64,000 nucleotides of DNA from Scyliorhinus canicula. Lineage: Eukaryota. The number at the start of each line of letters is the position of its first letter. Within the stretch, counting starts at the first letter, position 1. Below are positions 37,871-50,270 of the stretch, in pieces. Made by a program: the position numbers and the translations under genes. The DNA is taken from NCBI RefSeq assembly GCF_902713615.1, contig NW_024055843.1, positions 270,200-334,199 of the forward strand. The letters run 5' to 3'. The notes beneath the pieces are model-generated. The model searched no databases and was not told the origin of the DNA. It worked only from the letters and a program-made list of their open reading frames with translations.

Positions 37871-38204
37871 GAAGGTGGATTAATGACGGAGAGTGAGAAA
37901 CAGTGTGTCAATGCGAGTGAGTGAGGGTGGGTGAGTGTCGCTGGGTGAGTGAGGGGGGGGGGGTTATTGTGGGTGAGTGAAGATGAATGAGTGAGTCTGA
38001 GTGAGTGAGGAAGGGGAGCATGGATGAGTGTCAGTGAATGGGTCAGAGTGAATGACTGACTGAAGGAGGGTTGGTTGGTGAGGATGTGGACGAGGGTGGT
38101 GGATTGAGTGAAGGTGCGTAAATTACAGTGCGTGCTTGAGTGTGGGTGTCTGAGTAAGCACGTATGAGTGAAAGTGAGTGTGAGTGATCCAGGGTACGCA
38201 ATTA

Positions 38205-38522
38205 GAACATAGAACAGTACAGCACAGAACAGGCCCTTCGGCCCTCAATGTTGTGCCGAGCCATGATCACCCTACTCAAACCCACGTATCCACCCCCCCT
38301 TAACCTAACTTTTATTAGGACACTACGGGCAATTTAGCATGGCCAATCCACCTAAGCCGCACATCTTTGGACTGTGGGAGGAAACCGGAGCACCCGGAGG
38401 AAACCCACGCACACAGGGGGAGGACGTGCAGACTCCACACAGACAGTGACCCAGCCGGGAATCGAACCTCGGACCCTGGAGCTGTGAAGCATTTATGCTA
38501 ACCACCATGCTACCCTGCTGCG
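38205..38522 (-). mobile_element. HE1-like SINE
   Basis: Reverse complement of the consensus. Confidence 0.85.
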
Positions 38523-38639
38523 GGTGATGGAGCGTGGGGAGTTAGGGTGGAATGAGTGAGGGTGGCTGAGTGAATGTTAACGAGTGTATGTGATAAAAGA
38601 CGTGAGAACAAAAGAGTTTGTGCATGAGACTATCTGCGT

Positions 38640-39940
38640 GAGACTATAAGTCTGTGTGTGTGAGAGAGATTGTGTGTGTCTGTGTGAGTGAGTGAGAGAT
38701 ACAATACTTGTGAGGAACAAATGTGAACGAGACAGTGCCTATGTGTGAGAGAGGGTGTGTGTATCCTTGTGTAAGAGTGAGTTTGCGTACAACTGAGAGG
38801 TGTGTGAGAGAGACAAGCAGTGTGTGCATGAGGGTGTCTGCGTGAGTATGTGAGAGATTGTGTGTGAGAGAGGCAATGTGTGTGAGACATTGTGAAAGGG
38901 AGAGTGCATTTGTGAGAGGGAGATAGTGTGTGTGTGAGTGAGAGTATGGACGAGAGCGTACGTGTAGGAGAATGTATCTTTGTGCGGGAGAGTTCAAAGT
39001 ATGTAATAATAATCTTTGTTGTCACAAGTTGCCTTACATTGTAATGAAGTTCGTGTAAAAAGTCCCTACTCGCCACATTCCGGCACCGACCACACAGAGG
39101 GAGAATTCAGAATTTCCAAATGACCGAACAGAACGTCTTTCGGGACTAGTGGGAGGAAACTGGAGCACCCGGAGGAAACCCACGCAGACACCTGGAGAAC
39201 ATGCAGACTCTGCACAGACAGTGACCCAAGCCGGGCATCGACTCTGGGACCTTGGTGCTGTGAAGCCACAGAGTATATGTGTTAGAGAGAGAGTGTGTGT
39301 AAGCAAGTACGTGTGATGAGAGAAAGTGTGACGTTGGACTGGGGTGCGCACACTACGAAGTCTTTCAACACCAGGTTAAAGTCCAACAGGTATATTTGGA
39401 ATCACGAGCTTTGGGAGCACTGCTCCATCTTCAGGTGAGTGAAGAAAAGGTGTGTGAGAGTATGTGTGTGTGAGTGAATGTGTATGAGAGTGTATGTGAG
39501 AGTGAGCGAAAGATAAATAGAAATAGCGTGCATGTGTGTGTATGAGAGAGTGAGAGAAAGAGAGAGAGAGTGTGTGTGAGTGTGAGAGAACGAGTTTGTC
39601 AGAAAGAGTGCAACTGCTTGACAGATATGCGAGGGAGATGATGTGTGTGAGTGTGTTTGTGCATGTGTGAGCATGTGCGTATGTGTGTAAGAGAAAGTGT
39701 ATGAGAGAGTGTGAACATGTTAGTGTTTTTGTGTGGATGTGTGAGAGAGATAGTGTGGGAGAGGTTCCGTGTGTTTGAGAGAGAAGTTGTGTGTGCAAGA
39801 GAGAGTGTGAGAGAGGGAAATATTTTGAGAAAGAGTGTGTGTTTTTGTGTGTGTGTGGATGTGTGAAACAGAGACAGACAGAGAGACGGTGTGTGTTTCA
39901 GAATGTGTTTGCGTGTGGGCGTGTGAGAGAAATTTCTGAT
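38640..39940. repeat. TG/GA-rich low-complexity tract with embedded SINE and other repeat fragments
   Basis: Degenerate (TG)n and (GA)n. Confidence 0.85.
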
Positions 39941-42900
39941 GCACTTGTCAAATATCAAGTCAAATTTTCACATTTCTTACAGATGCATATCTTTAAAATA
40001 AATCAATTAAATGTTACTCTCTGAAATACAGGAGAAGAAACCAGAAGATTTACAACCAGTCGGGAAAATTCCTGGTCCCTGCACAGTGACCACGTGGACA
40101 TAAATCGAAAAGACACAAACGGTACAACAATCGAGTTCCCAGCAGATCGGTCTGTTTAATCTGTCAATTTCATTCAAACTGATTCGAACTGATCAATGAT
40201 CAACTTCTGATAACAATAATTCAATAGCTGATTTGAAATGAACTGACATTCATTTCCATACTCTCTCCGACGATTTCTCCCTCTCTGAGTCATGTTACCT
40301 AAAATATAATTTCGCTGACAATGAGCATATTAAATATAACAGATTAATGGCAGTTTCATGTCTGTAACAGAGACTGGTGACAAAGTAAGAATTAAAGAAA
40401 CCAGGAAGTATTCTCATTAAAAAACGATTGACTGTTTTATTTAATTGCTTAATTAAATGTGGGGTTGGCACGGTGGCACAGTGGTTAGCACGGTTGCTTC
40501 ACAGCACCAGGGACCCCGGTTCGATTCCCGGCTTTGGTCACAATCTGTGCAGAGTCTGCACCGTGTCTGCGTGTGTTTGCTCCGGGTGCTCGATTTCCTC
40601 CCACTAGTCCCGAAAGACGTGCTGTTCAGTAATTTGGAAATTCTGAATTCTCCCTCTGAGTACCCGAACAGGCGCCAGAATGTGGCGACTAGGGGCTTTT
40701 CACAGTAACTCGGTTGCTAATGTCAGCCTACTTGTGACAATAATGAAGATTATTAGCATTAAAAAATGTAATCACCAAGATAATCGAACTAAAATACCTG
40801 AGTAAAGAAATTCATTGTTTCCTAAATTCATTTTCGATACAATTTAAAATTCATTAAAAACTTTTATATTGTGCGTGCCGAGTCTACAACTGAATTGTAG
40901 GGGGTCATTTATGTTTAATAAGTCAGTATTAATATTGCATTGCAAGCTATTGTTAATTGTCAATTAGTTGTCTTGTTAGATGACTTGCACTCGATAATAT
41001 AAATAGTAAAAAATAGTTTCTATCATTTAAATTTGTTCCTGCATGAAACATTGTTAAATAATCTGAGTTTTATTAAGTAGTAAGAAATGGTAATCTATAA
41101 ACTTCCCATAACCGGATGGAAACATTCAGACAGTATAATACTTTTATATGAATTTAATCAAATTTTAGTACTTACTTTTTTGCGTTTACTCTAACTGCCC
41201 TTTTTTAACCTACCAAAAATGTTAATTTGCACATTTCTGAAGGCGGTGATAAATCCTGAATTCTATCTATTCTCAGAGTGTAATTCAGGTGATAAATCAA
41301 TGAGTGAAATATAGCAGATGTTTTCAACCTTGCTGACAGTGTTAGAACTGCCCACGCCTGCGCGTGCGTTTGTGTATGTGTTTCTCCACAGGTGTCAGTG
41401 TAGCGGTGGGGGGTGTGGTGGATGGACGAGGGGGTTAGATCATATTATTGTTATAGCTGGACTTCCGAGTTTTGAACCCGTCGTAATTCGATACTACACA
41501 TATAAACATAAATAAAGTCCCTGGCAGTCTGTCATCAATAAAATAGCTGCCTAGATTTAAAAACTCAGAAAATCCCAGTAATTTAGTCCTCAAAGATATT
41601 ACTTAATGGAAGCAGATCCAAATTAATCAGTGTAAACATAGTGAAGACAAATAGTTCAGATCCTTAATCACAACACTAAATTGCAATGAGCAAATGGAGT
41701 AGATTTTTTTGTTCATTTTAACGTTTCAGAAGAAATAAACAAGAGGTTCAGATATAATTTCTTCTTCTATTCTATCATTCGTTTTCCCACAATTCTGTTC
41801 TGTGTGCAGCACAGCTATGGGAGATAGGATGTTATTATTTATTGCAAAGCTAATGTTCGGCTTTTGTAATTAATCTCTTTGAATTTCAAGGTTTTACTTG
41901 TCAATCTCCAGCCTTGTGCAGTTTGAACATTCCTACAATTCAAATAAACCATACGAACATCTCCTTCACTGCCTGAGACCTCGACCTCTCAGAAAACGTT
42001 AGGATTAAATTAATGACAATCGACTCGCTCTCCAACTACAAATGACATTGAAGGAATCATATTGCTGCAGCTGCACAGAGGGAATATAATAACTACACAC
42101 AAATTGCCAAACTGCAATGTTAAAATCCGATTTAAGTAACTGCAAACGTAATCAGGGGTATAAAAACATATATACAATCTCTTGTGTATCTGAACAAAGC
42201 TGTAGATTCAGTATGTTATTATTAAAACAGCTCAGGCAAAATCACAAAATATTTAAAGCCGATAAACGTTTCCGATCATGCTAATGCTGTGCAGAGCACA
42301 GCAGAATTGTGAAAGGCAATTGATGATGGATGATATTTATTATGAAAACATCTATGGTTAATATGGAGTTATATAACCGCGATATAATTGTTTAAATTAT
42401 ATTAATTTTACTTTCCAATATGAAAACGTTTTCATTAAGTAGTTTGAGACTGCAGCAACGAATTGTGTTCTGAATGAAGCCAAACGTTTGATTTTAATCT
42501 GTAATCATCAGTTAAAATAAAAAAGACCGAATATATAGTTAATTAATTTCTTCATCTCCAACACCTGCCCGTTTTCTCCTTAGAGTCGTTTTTCAAACAG
42601 TTTCAAACATGTACATTGTTTGCATTAAACCAGGAAACATCTCAATGTCACCGAGCTTAAAAAATGAAGAAACGCCAAACCGTTTCACAAATATAACTTA
42701 TTTCAAGTCACCGAGACACACAATCTCCTCTCCAGGAAAACACCGAATCTCATCACCAAGGGGCTAAAGCTCGCTGCGTGGAGAAGCAGCTCAGTTCAAA
42801 AAACACTTGCAACAGAATCAAACATAACTTTTCAAGAAAACTTCAATCTCGAACCCACCAACTCAGTCTGTTACCAAATGAATTAATAATTAAACCAAAG

Positions 42901-43348
42901 AGAAATATGAAACAGTATCATCAGTATTGTGAATACGGAGAACACATCAAACTTAGCATATTTTGTTAATATTGGATTCGTTTCCAACACTTGTGCAGGA
43001 GGTGGTAAAACTTGCAGCCTCCAGATGTCACCGAGATTATACATTGCAGAACCGCCAAACTGTTTAACAGACGTTAGGTATTTAAAGTAACCAGACCACA
43101 CAGTATCCTCAGCAAATAAACATCAAATCATAACAACCAGGGGCTGAATCACTCAGCACAACCTTTTGTCAAGAGGCAAAGTAATTATATAACCTTTTAC
43201 ACCAGAATCACATGAAACACTGCAACAAAATCTCAATATTGTATCCACCAAACCCACATTTTAGTGAACAAATGATTTGTTAAAATAGACAAAAATACTA
43301 AACAACGACTGAAATAAAGCAGCCAGTAAATAATTCAATGGTTTTTAC

Positions 43349-43720
43349 CTGCAGTCACCGTCACCATTGTCCCGTGTCCCCAATAGTCCAGACCCCCGGA
43401 GCTTGCACAGTAATAGATGGCGGTGTCTTCGGTCTTCAGACTCGTCATGGTTAAAGAGAAGATGTTGTTTGCAAGGTCTTTGGACGCAGAAAATCGATTC
43501 TGAATCTCTGGGGCACGGTAGCTGATTGAAGAACTTTCGTACCAAATCAGCGAATCCAGCCCCTGTCCGGGAACCTGTCGGATCCAGCTCATCCAGGTAT
43601 CGTCAAGATTGAAGCCGCTGATTTTACAGGTCAGCCTCAGGGAGCCTCCGGGATTTCCCGTCTCTGCCTCTGACTGAGTCAACATAATGTCGTCAATATC
43701 CTCAATATCCGACTGGACAC
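43349..43720 (-). CDS. Germline-joined IgH V(D)J exon, open (372 nt)
   Basis: TTTTACAG acceptor; [54 protein letters not shown]...RFSASKD...[30 protein letters not shown], then GTAAAA donor; no RSS between V and J. Confidence 0.95.
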
Positions 43721-43848
43721 CTGTAAAAATATATCAAAAAGCCCGAGGATTAATGCTGGTGAAATGATTGGTGACTCTGGAACATTCCAGAGAGAGACTA
43801 ACACTGAGACAGTAACAGTGAGAGACTTAAACAATAAAAACTACTCAC

Positions 43849-43894
43849 GGGATAAGAAAGTCAGCAACAAACTGAGAGAAATGGCCCACCTCAT
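43849..43894 (-). CDS. IgH leader exon (MRWAISLSLLLTFLS)
   Basis: 46 nt, phase 1, GTGAGT donor, 128-nt intron; in frame with the VDJ exon. Confidence 0.92.
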
Positions 43895-43959
43895 CCTTCT
43901 GGTCATTTGGGGGAAATGGTTGTGTCAGGAACTCAGTGAACAAACCAGCTCCCGGACTG

Positions 43960-44070
43960 TTGGATTCGGGTCCCAGTGAGCGGCATTTAAATACCCGGCA
44001 GAAGGGGGCGGCTTTCCAGGCGCCGCCTGTTGATTCCCTGGTGGAGGCGGCGATTGGATCCACGTCCCAC
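43960..44070 (-). promoter_or_regulatory. Putative IgH promoter
   Basis: TATTTAAAT, GC-box-like GGGGGCGG and CCAAT within about 170 nt upstream of the leader ATG; motif-only evidence. Confidence 0.35.
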
Positions 44071-44334
44071 CTTCCACACCCCCAACAGAATGGACCCAGA
44101 GATTTACTATAGGTTATCAGTAAAATTGACTTTCCTCTGTATCGGGACAGTGTTTTGTCTGAATGGATTCTCTGTAATGTCTCCATTGGTTCTAATGACG
44201 AAATGACTTGTGAAAATCTGTTCATAAAAACTAATCCCATTGCAAATTAATTCGCTTTGTTTCTGCACTTCAACATAAGAGAATGAACATAAACAGGTCA
44301 AATTATATTAACAGGGAATAAGTTGATTGTTTGC

Positions 44335-44560
44335 AGGGCAGCAGTGGTTAGCACAACCGCCTCACGGCGCTGAGGTCCCAGGTTCGATCCCGGCTCTGGG
44401 TCACTGTCCGTGTGGAGTTTGCACATTCTCCCTGTGTCTGCGTGGGTTTCGCCCCCACAACCCAAAAATGTGCAGAGTAGGTGGATTGGCCATGCTAAAT
44501 TGCCCCTTAATTGGAAAAAATAATTGGGTAATCTAAATTTATTAAAAAATTTTTTATTTT
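44335..44560 (+). mobile_element. HE1-like SINE
   Basis: Consensus head and core. Confidence 0.8.
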
Positions 44561-45879
44561 TTTTTAAGTTGATTGTTTGCCTGATTTACAAAACTCTGAG
44601 TCTCTAACCCGTGAAAGCAATAAAGTATCATGTATTAGAGGAATTCGTATCGATTTATGTAACTAAACGCGGGGCATGACCAAAGTGATTCTATTTACAG
44701 GGTAGGTGGCTACCACTGTGCAATCTGGGTCTGTGGAAAAGAAAAATCACTCACATTATACAATGTCACTACTTACATTACGAATTGCCCCTGAGCCTCA
44801 GACAGTCCTGTGAACATTAGCGGTAAAAGAAGCCGCTTGCCTGATAATTAAGCAATGAGTTGACAGAGAAACATAAAATCTACATTAACAGTTGACAGAG
44901 AAGTTAATGAATCGGATCGGACACGGCGATCAGTAAAGTTATCCTTCGGCATCCAAATCATTGCAGCTAATTTTATCGGTCACCGGCTGTCTAACATTCA
45001 CTGGTGTTGGAAGCACAGGATATCAGGACTTTGTGGAATATTACACAATATCACATGAATACATGTTTATTTTCCTTTAAAGCAGGTTATGAACTCGTCA
45101 TTTCTCCACTCAATGGCAGCAATGAGAGCGACTGTTAAATAATGGAAATAAGCACAAATTATATTGTACAGAACACGAAGCTAATCAGGTATAAGAGACG
45201 CGTCCGTTTAAATGAAGTCAACAACTCTGAGAATATTCCAGGAATTCCGGAGAGTTCATGGCAGTTTTGTGACTTTCTTTTAATTTAACTTTTTCCCTAA
45301 ACTTATTGGGCTTGTGGATTGTGTCCATCAGCACCAGTCACTCTCACTTCATTAGGTTATTAACAAACAGACTTTGATAACTAGAGTGACCTTGACTCAG
45401 AACTAATATAAATTAAATAGCATCTGGTCAGTTCACTATTTTCCGATCATGTTTAACCTCAGAGTGAACAGAACATTCACTGAATTTAATACTGTCGATG
45501 AAATAAGATTTAAAACGTTTACTTCATGTGAGACTGAAACATTTATTGTTTGAATGGATAAATCCCATGTTGTCCATTCATATTCAGGCTAATCTGCCCC
45601 ACACAGTATTTGGCAGCAATCCAGCCGCCTGCAGTCAGGGAGGCTCGAATGTTCAATGTTGTTTACAGGAAGCATCTGGATTTGTTTTTCAAAGATCTGT
45701 TGGCTCAGTACTGACCGCTTGGCTGCAAGCCAACTTCAAACTCTTAACACTGTCAATGAGGACTATTTATAAACAAATCTACCCAGCAACAGTACTGGAG
45801 ATCATTTTATGTTTTAAATTGTGAAGCTATTTGTACTGTTCTCATCTCTAAGGAAAAGAGAGTTAGCCAGCTTCTCTGG

Positions 45880-46095
45880 CACCTCTAAGCAACAACTTCT
45901 TTTACACAGAGGGTATTGGGTGCCTGGAACTCGTGGTGGTGGAAGCAGGGACGTTTAAGGGGCATCTTGCCAAATACATGAATAGGATGGGAATAGAGGG
46001 ATACGGACCCAGGAAGTGTGGAAGATTTTAGATTAGACGGGCTGCATGGTCGGCACAGGCTTGGAGGGCCGAAGGGCCTGTTCCTCTGCTGTACT
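45880..46095 (+). mobile_element. CR1 extreme 3' end
   Basis: Near-identical to the 37630-37865 tail. Confidence 0.8.
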
Positions 46096-47984
46096 TTCCT
46101 TTGTTCTTTGTTCACATAACCGACTGGAGGATCTCTCCCACATCTCATAACATTGTGGTGATGGATAGAAATACAAGTAGACTATCAGACAGAGTATTAG
46201 ACTGAGGGTAGATTGTGTAATAGATAAACATGTAGATTTATGTGTTTCTAGCTTTATTCATCCATGGAATGTGGGATTCACTGGCAAGACCACCATGTGT
46301 TCCCTCTCGCTAGTTGCTGTTGAACTGAGTGGTTTGCTGGGCCAGCACAGAAGGAACTGAAGAGTCAGACATGTTGCTGTCCGACTGAAGCCACATGTAG
46401 GTGAGACCAGGGAGGGATGTCAGATTTCCTTCATGGGTGAAAAGGAGAGGATTTCATGGTCACCTTTAGTATATATTCCAGATTTATTAATTGAATTCAA
46501 ATTCCAGCCATGGTGGGATTTCCACGAGGGTCCTCACAGAATTAGCCTGGGCCTCTGGATTACTGGTACAATTACATTAATATTGCACCCACCATCTGCT
46601 CAAAATATATAAGTATATATAAATATACAAAATATATGCTTTGATGCAGGGATTAATAATAGTTGAATATTTTGATTGAGGAATCAGTGAATGAGATTGA
46701 TGGATGGAGCTATAGATGGGCCTGAAAGATGCTGTTCTACATTGTAATTTTTCTGCTTGACTACTTCGTAAATTGAAGCAGGTCCTTTGCAATGTGTGTC
46801 AGACCGATACATTCAGTCCTTTTAGCTCTTCTGGATGAATTAAATCCCCAGGCGATCAGGAACTAACGAGCGGGATGTCACTAAGAGGAGACTGACGATC
46901 TTCCTGCGGCGCTGGTGATTCTTCACAGCTGGTGATAAATCTTCGTCTCAAAGACAGAAAGCGGGAACATGATTACATTGAGGAGGGAAGGTTGTAATAT
47001 TTGGATCATGCGGCAATTTCATGTACCGGCAGGACAAATTCAGAATGCAAGAGTATTCTCAAAGGCAGAGTTTCAAAGACTCTCAGAGTCAAACACAACA
47101 GAGGTGGTTTTCATGGCTCTGGTATGATCAAAGCATTGGAGATTTATTCAGAAGGCATGTCCGTATGGTGAATTAGTCAGAGCCACATATCGTGTGGGAA
47201 GGTCAATATTCCGCTTCAAGGGTTCTTCCAAGTGTGACATGAAGGCCCCAAGCGTAATGATTGATTACCGCACTTGGGTGTCACCAGCTGACAAAAATGA
47301 CGACACCTCCAATGGGCTGGTGTGAACGGCCACGATCAGGGGATTTTGGGGATTTAGCGGCTTTGCAATAGACACAAACATTGAAAATAACAACCCATAA
47401 TGACATGTGGTATCTTCATGTGCAGTACTTGTGTCAAAACCTAACTGTCAAAAACTGGCCTCCTCCGTTATCAGCAAAGGTGCCATATGAAAAAAAACTG
47501 TACGAAGTGAATGTGTTTACTGTGAACCTATTGTAAATAGAAGGTTGTAATCTTTGTGAAATTCAGTAGTACACACCATGATGTATTTCAAACAAACACA
47601 CACACATATTTGCTCTCTCACATACAAACAGAAACACACACACGCACATAGACACAGAAACACACACACATACAGACACAATCTCTCAGACAAATATCCT
47701 CTCTCCCTCCCTTTCTCTCGCACAAACACACACACATGCACAAATTTTCCACTTCAACTGAAGATCTCATCTTGATTTCCTGGGATGCCTCATAAACAAT
47801 AACCTCAAACATCTTCCAGGTGGTACAATAAACTAATCAACTCTCCCCAACACCATGTTTGTTAATATGAATATCAAATTCCACATGGACTCCATTCAGC
47901 GCCTCGGTAAACATTTCTCCATTTCACAAAGATGAACAAAAATGTGCTACCAGAAATTGAGCCACTTTTTTCTGGTGCTGACCA

Positions 47985-48480
47985 TAGATTTAGATTTATT
48001 GTCACCTGTACGGAGGTACAGTGAAATGTATTGTTCTCCATCCAATCCAGTCACATCGTTCCTTACATGAAAAATATAGGACGTACGATAAATGCACAAT
48101 GTAAATACCTCGACATAAGACATTGGATGAAACATACGGAGGGCAGTGCTACAATACCAGAAGGTGCATTGAGGGACCAGTTCCGTCCATAAGACGGCCG
48201 TCAAGGACTTTGGTAACAGGGGGAAAGAAGCTGTTTCTGAATCTGTGCGTGCGCGTTCTCAGACTTTTCTATCTTCTTCCCCATTGAAGAGGTTGGAAGA
48301 ATCATCCGATTGGGAAGGCTCTTTGATTATGCTGCCCGCTTTCGCAGGGGGTGGAAGGTGCCAATGGATGGGAGGTAAGTTCTTGTGATTGACTGGGCTG
48401 TTTGCACAACTCTGTAGTTTTTTAATCGATCTTGGGCCGAGCTGTTGCCATACCAGGGTGTGATGCAGCCAGATGTGCGA
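47985..48480 (-). mobile_element. Rex1/Babar-like LINE 3' end
   Basis: Shares the ATTTATTGTCACCTGTAC terminus and body with the copy at 54865. Confidence 0.6.
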
Positions 48481-48839
48481 GAATCAGCAACCAACACCTG
48501 CAATTTGTTGCACCTTTAATTTTGGCACCTCTCGTAGAAGGCGATGTAATATTACCTTTGTGGAAATGGATTATTGATACATAAACATCATGGATCATAC
48601 CTGACAACGACATTTTCACAGTAACTGTAATTGCAAAGTCTGACCAGCGAATGGAATTGAAATCGAGATGCCTTACATTACACCAAGCAGGGATTACCTC
48701 AGTAATTACTGCAGTGATCTATGTGTCCGTTACTTTTAAATTGGATTCCATCCGTCTTCTTGTTAGACGAGACCATCTCCATATATATTAATGACATTCT
48801 GTTTCAATTAGTACGGCACCTGTACATCTTAATATTCAT

Positions 48840-50270
48840 GTCACACAATCACTGAGATTCCATTTTCAATGTAGGGAATCTACCTTTGCAGTCCTCCCAC
48901 ATCGAGTGCTGAATAGTGATGGACATCTAAACAAATATCCGGAGCAGGAGCCTACACCAAATTCCCCATCTTCAATGAAGTGGAAGCCCAGCACGTCAGT
49001 GCAAAAAACCAAGGCTGAAACCATGGTATCATCTTCAGCCAGCGGTGCCGAGAGGATGATCCATCTCACTCCACACTATATCAAGAAACGGTTGACGGCG
49101 CTGCAAATGTTAGCCCTGGCAACATTCTAGCAACAATACTGATGATTTTTGCTCCAGAACTGGTTGCGCCCAAGCAAGTCGCTCCAGTACAGGTTCTACA
49201 CTGGTATTAACGAATAATGTGTAACACTGCCAAATACCACCTTTTCACAAAAGGCAGGATAAATCCAAACCAGCCAATTATTGCCCCTCAGCCCGCACTC
49301 GATCAGAAGCAACCTGCCTCCCACAAAAAGACATGCTGTTAGGTAATTTGGACATTCTAAATTCTCCCTCAGTGTACCCGGACAGGTGCCGGAATGTGGC
49401 GACTGGGGGATTTTCACAGTAACTTCATTGCTGTGTTAATGTAAGTCTCCCTGCAAAAATAAAGATTATGATTATGATGGGAAGTGTCAAGGACAATCAA
49501 GTTATGTGGAATTTACTCAGCAACAACTTTCTCCATATGCCCTGTTTGGGGTTCACCAGGAACACTCGGTTCGAGAAATGATTTATGGTCAGTCGAAATA
49601 TGGGAAAATGTTTGATGTAAAGAGGTGAAGTGAGAGTGACAGACGTGGATACCAAGGCAGCATTTGATTCATTGTGACATAACTCAGCCCGAGCAGATCA
49701 GCAGCCAATGGGAATCAAGGGGCGAACTGTCCAGTGGCGGAGCCATACTTTGCACAACGAAAGGTGGTTGTAGGTGTTGAAGGGCAAGCTTCTCAGTCAC
49801 AGGACATTGTTGCAGGAGTTCCTCAGGGTAGAGTCCTAGGCGCAAGCTTCGCCTTCATCATGAGGTCAGAAGTTGGGAGGTTCGCTGATGATTGCACAAT
49901 ATTCTGCTCTTCATTCGACTCCTCAAAAACTGAAGCCGTCCACATTCATATGCAGCGAGAGTTAGCCAACATTCAGTCTTGGGCTGATCAGTGGCGAATA
50001 ACAGTCATGCCACTGAAGTGGGAGGGAATGGCCACATCCAAAAAGGGAGATTCTAACAATTTCCCCTAGATTCCAAATGACGTTGCCATTTTTTAATCAC
50101 CCATCAATATCTTAGAAATTACGTTTGGTGTAAAACTGAACAGGAAAAACATTTCAATAATTTGGCTACAACAGTCGATCAGACACTAGGAATTCCGCGG
50201 TGAGTAACTCACCTCCTGACTTCCCAAACCTGAACCATCATCTGTAAGCCAGAGGTCGGGAGTGTAACTG
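48840..50270 (+). mobile_element. Degenerate CR1-like LINE RT fragment with a SINE inserted
   Basis: AGVPQGRVLG...GRFADDCTIF (49734-50069). Confidence 0.65.

Noticed and set aside
40057-40121. Possible extra JH with RSS (CACAGTG, 24 nt, ACACAAACG)
   Set aside because: Spacer is 24 nt, the putative J is only about 25 nt and lacks the WGxG motif, and the donor is weak
46860-47420. Non-repetitive, coding-like stretch upstream of the IgH leader
   Set aside because: All frames have stops and I could not recognise a motif; a translated search would be needed
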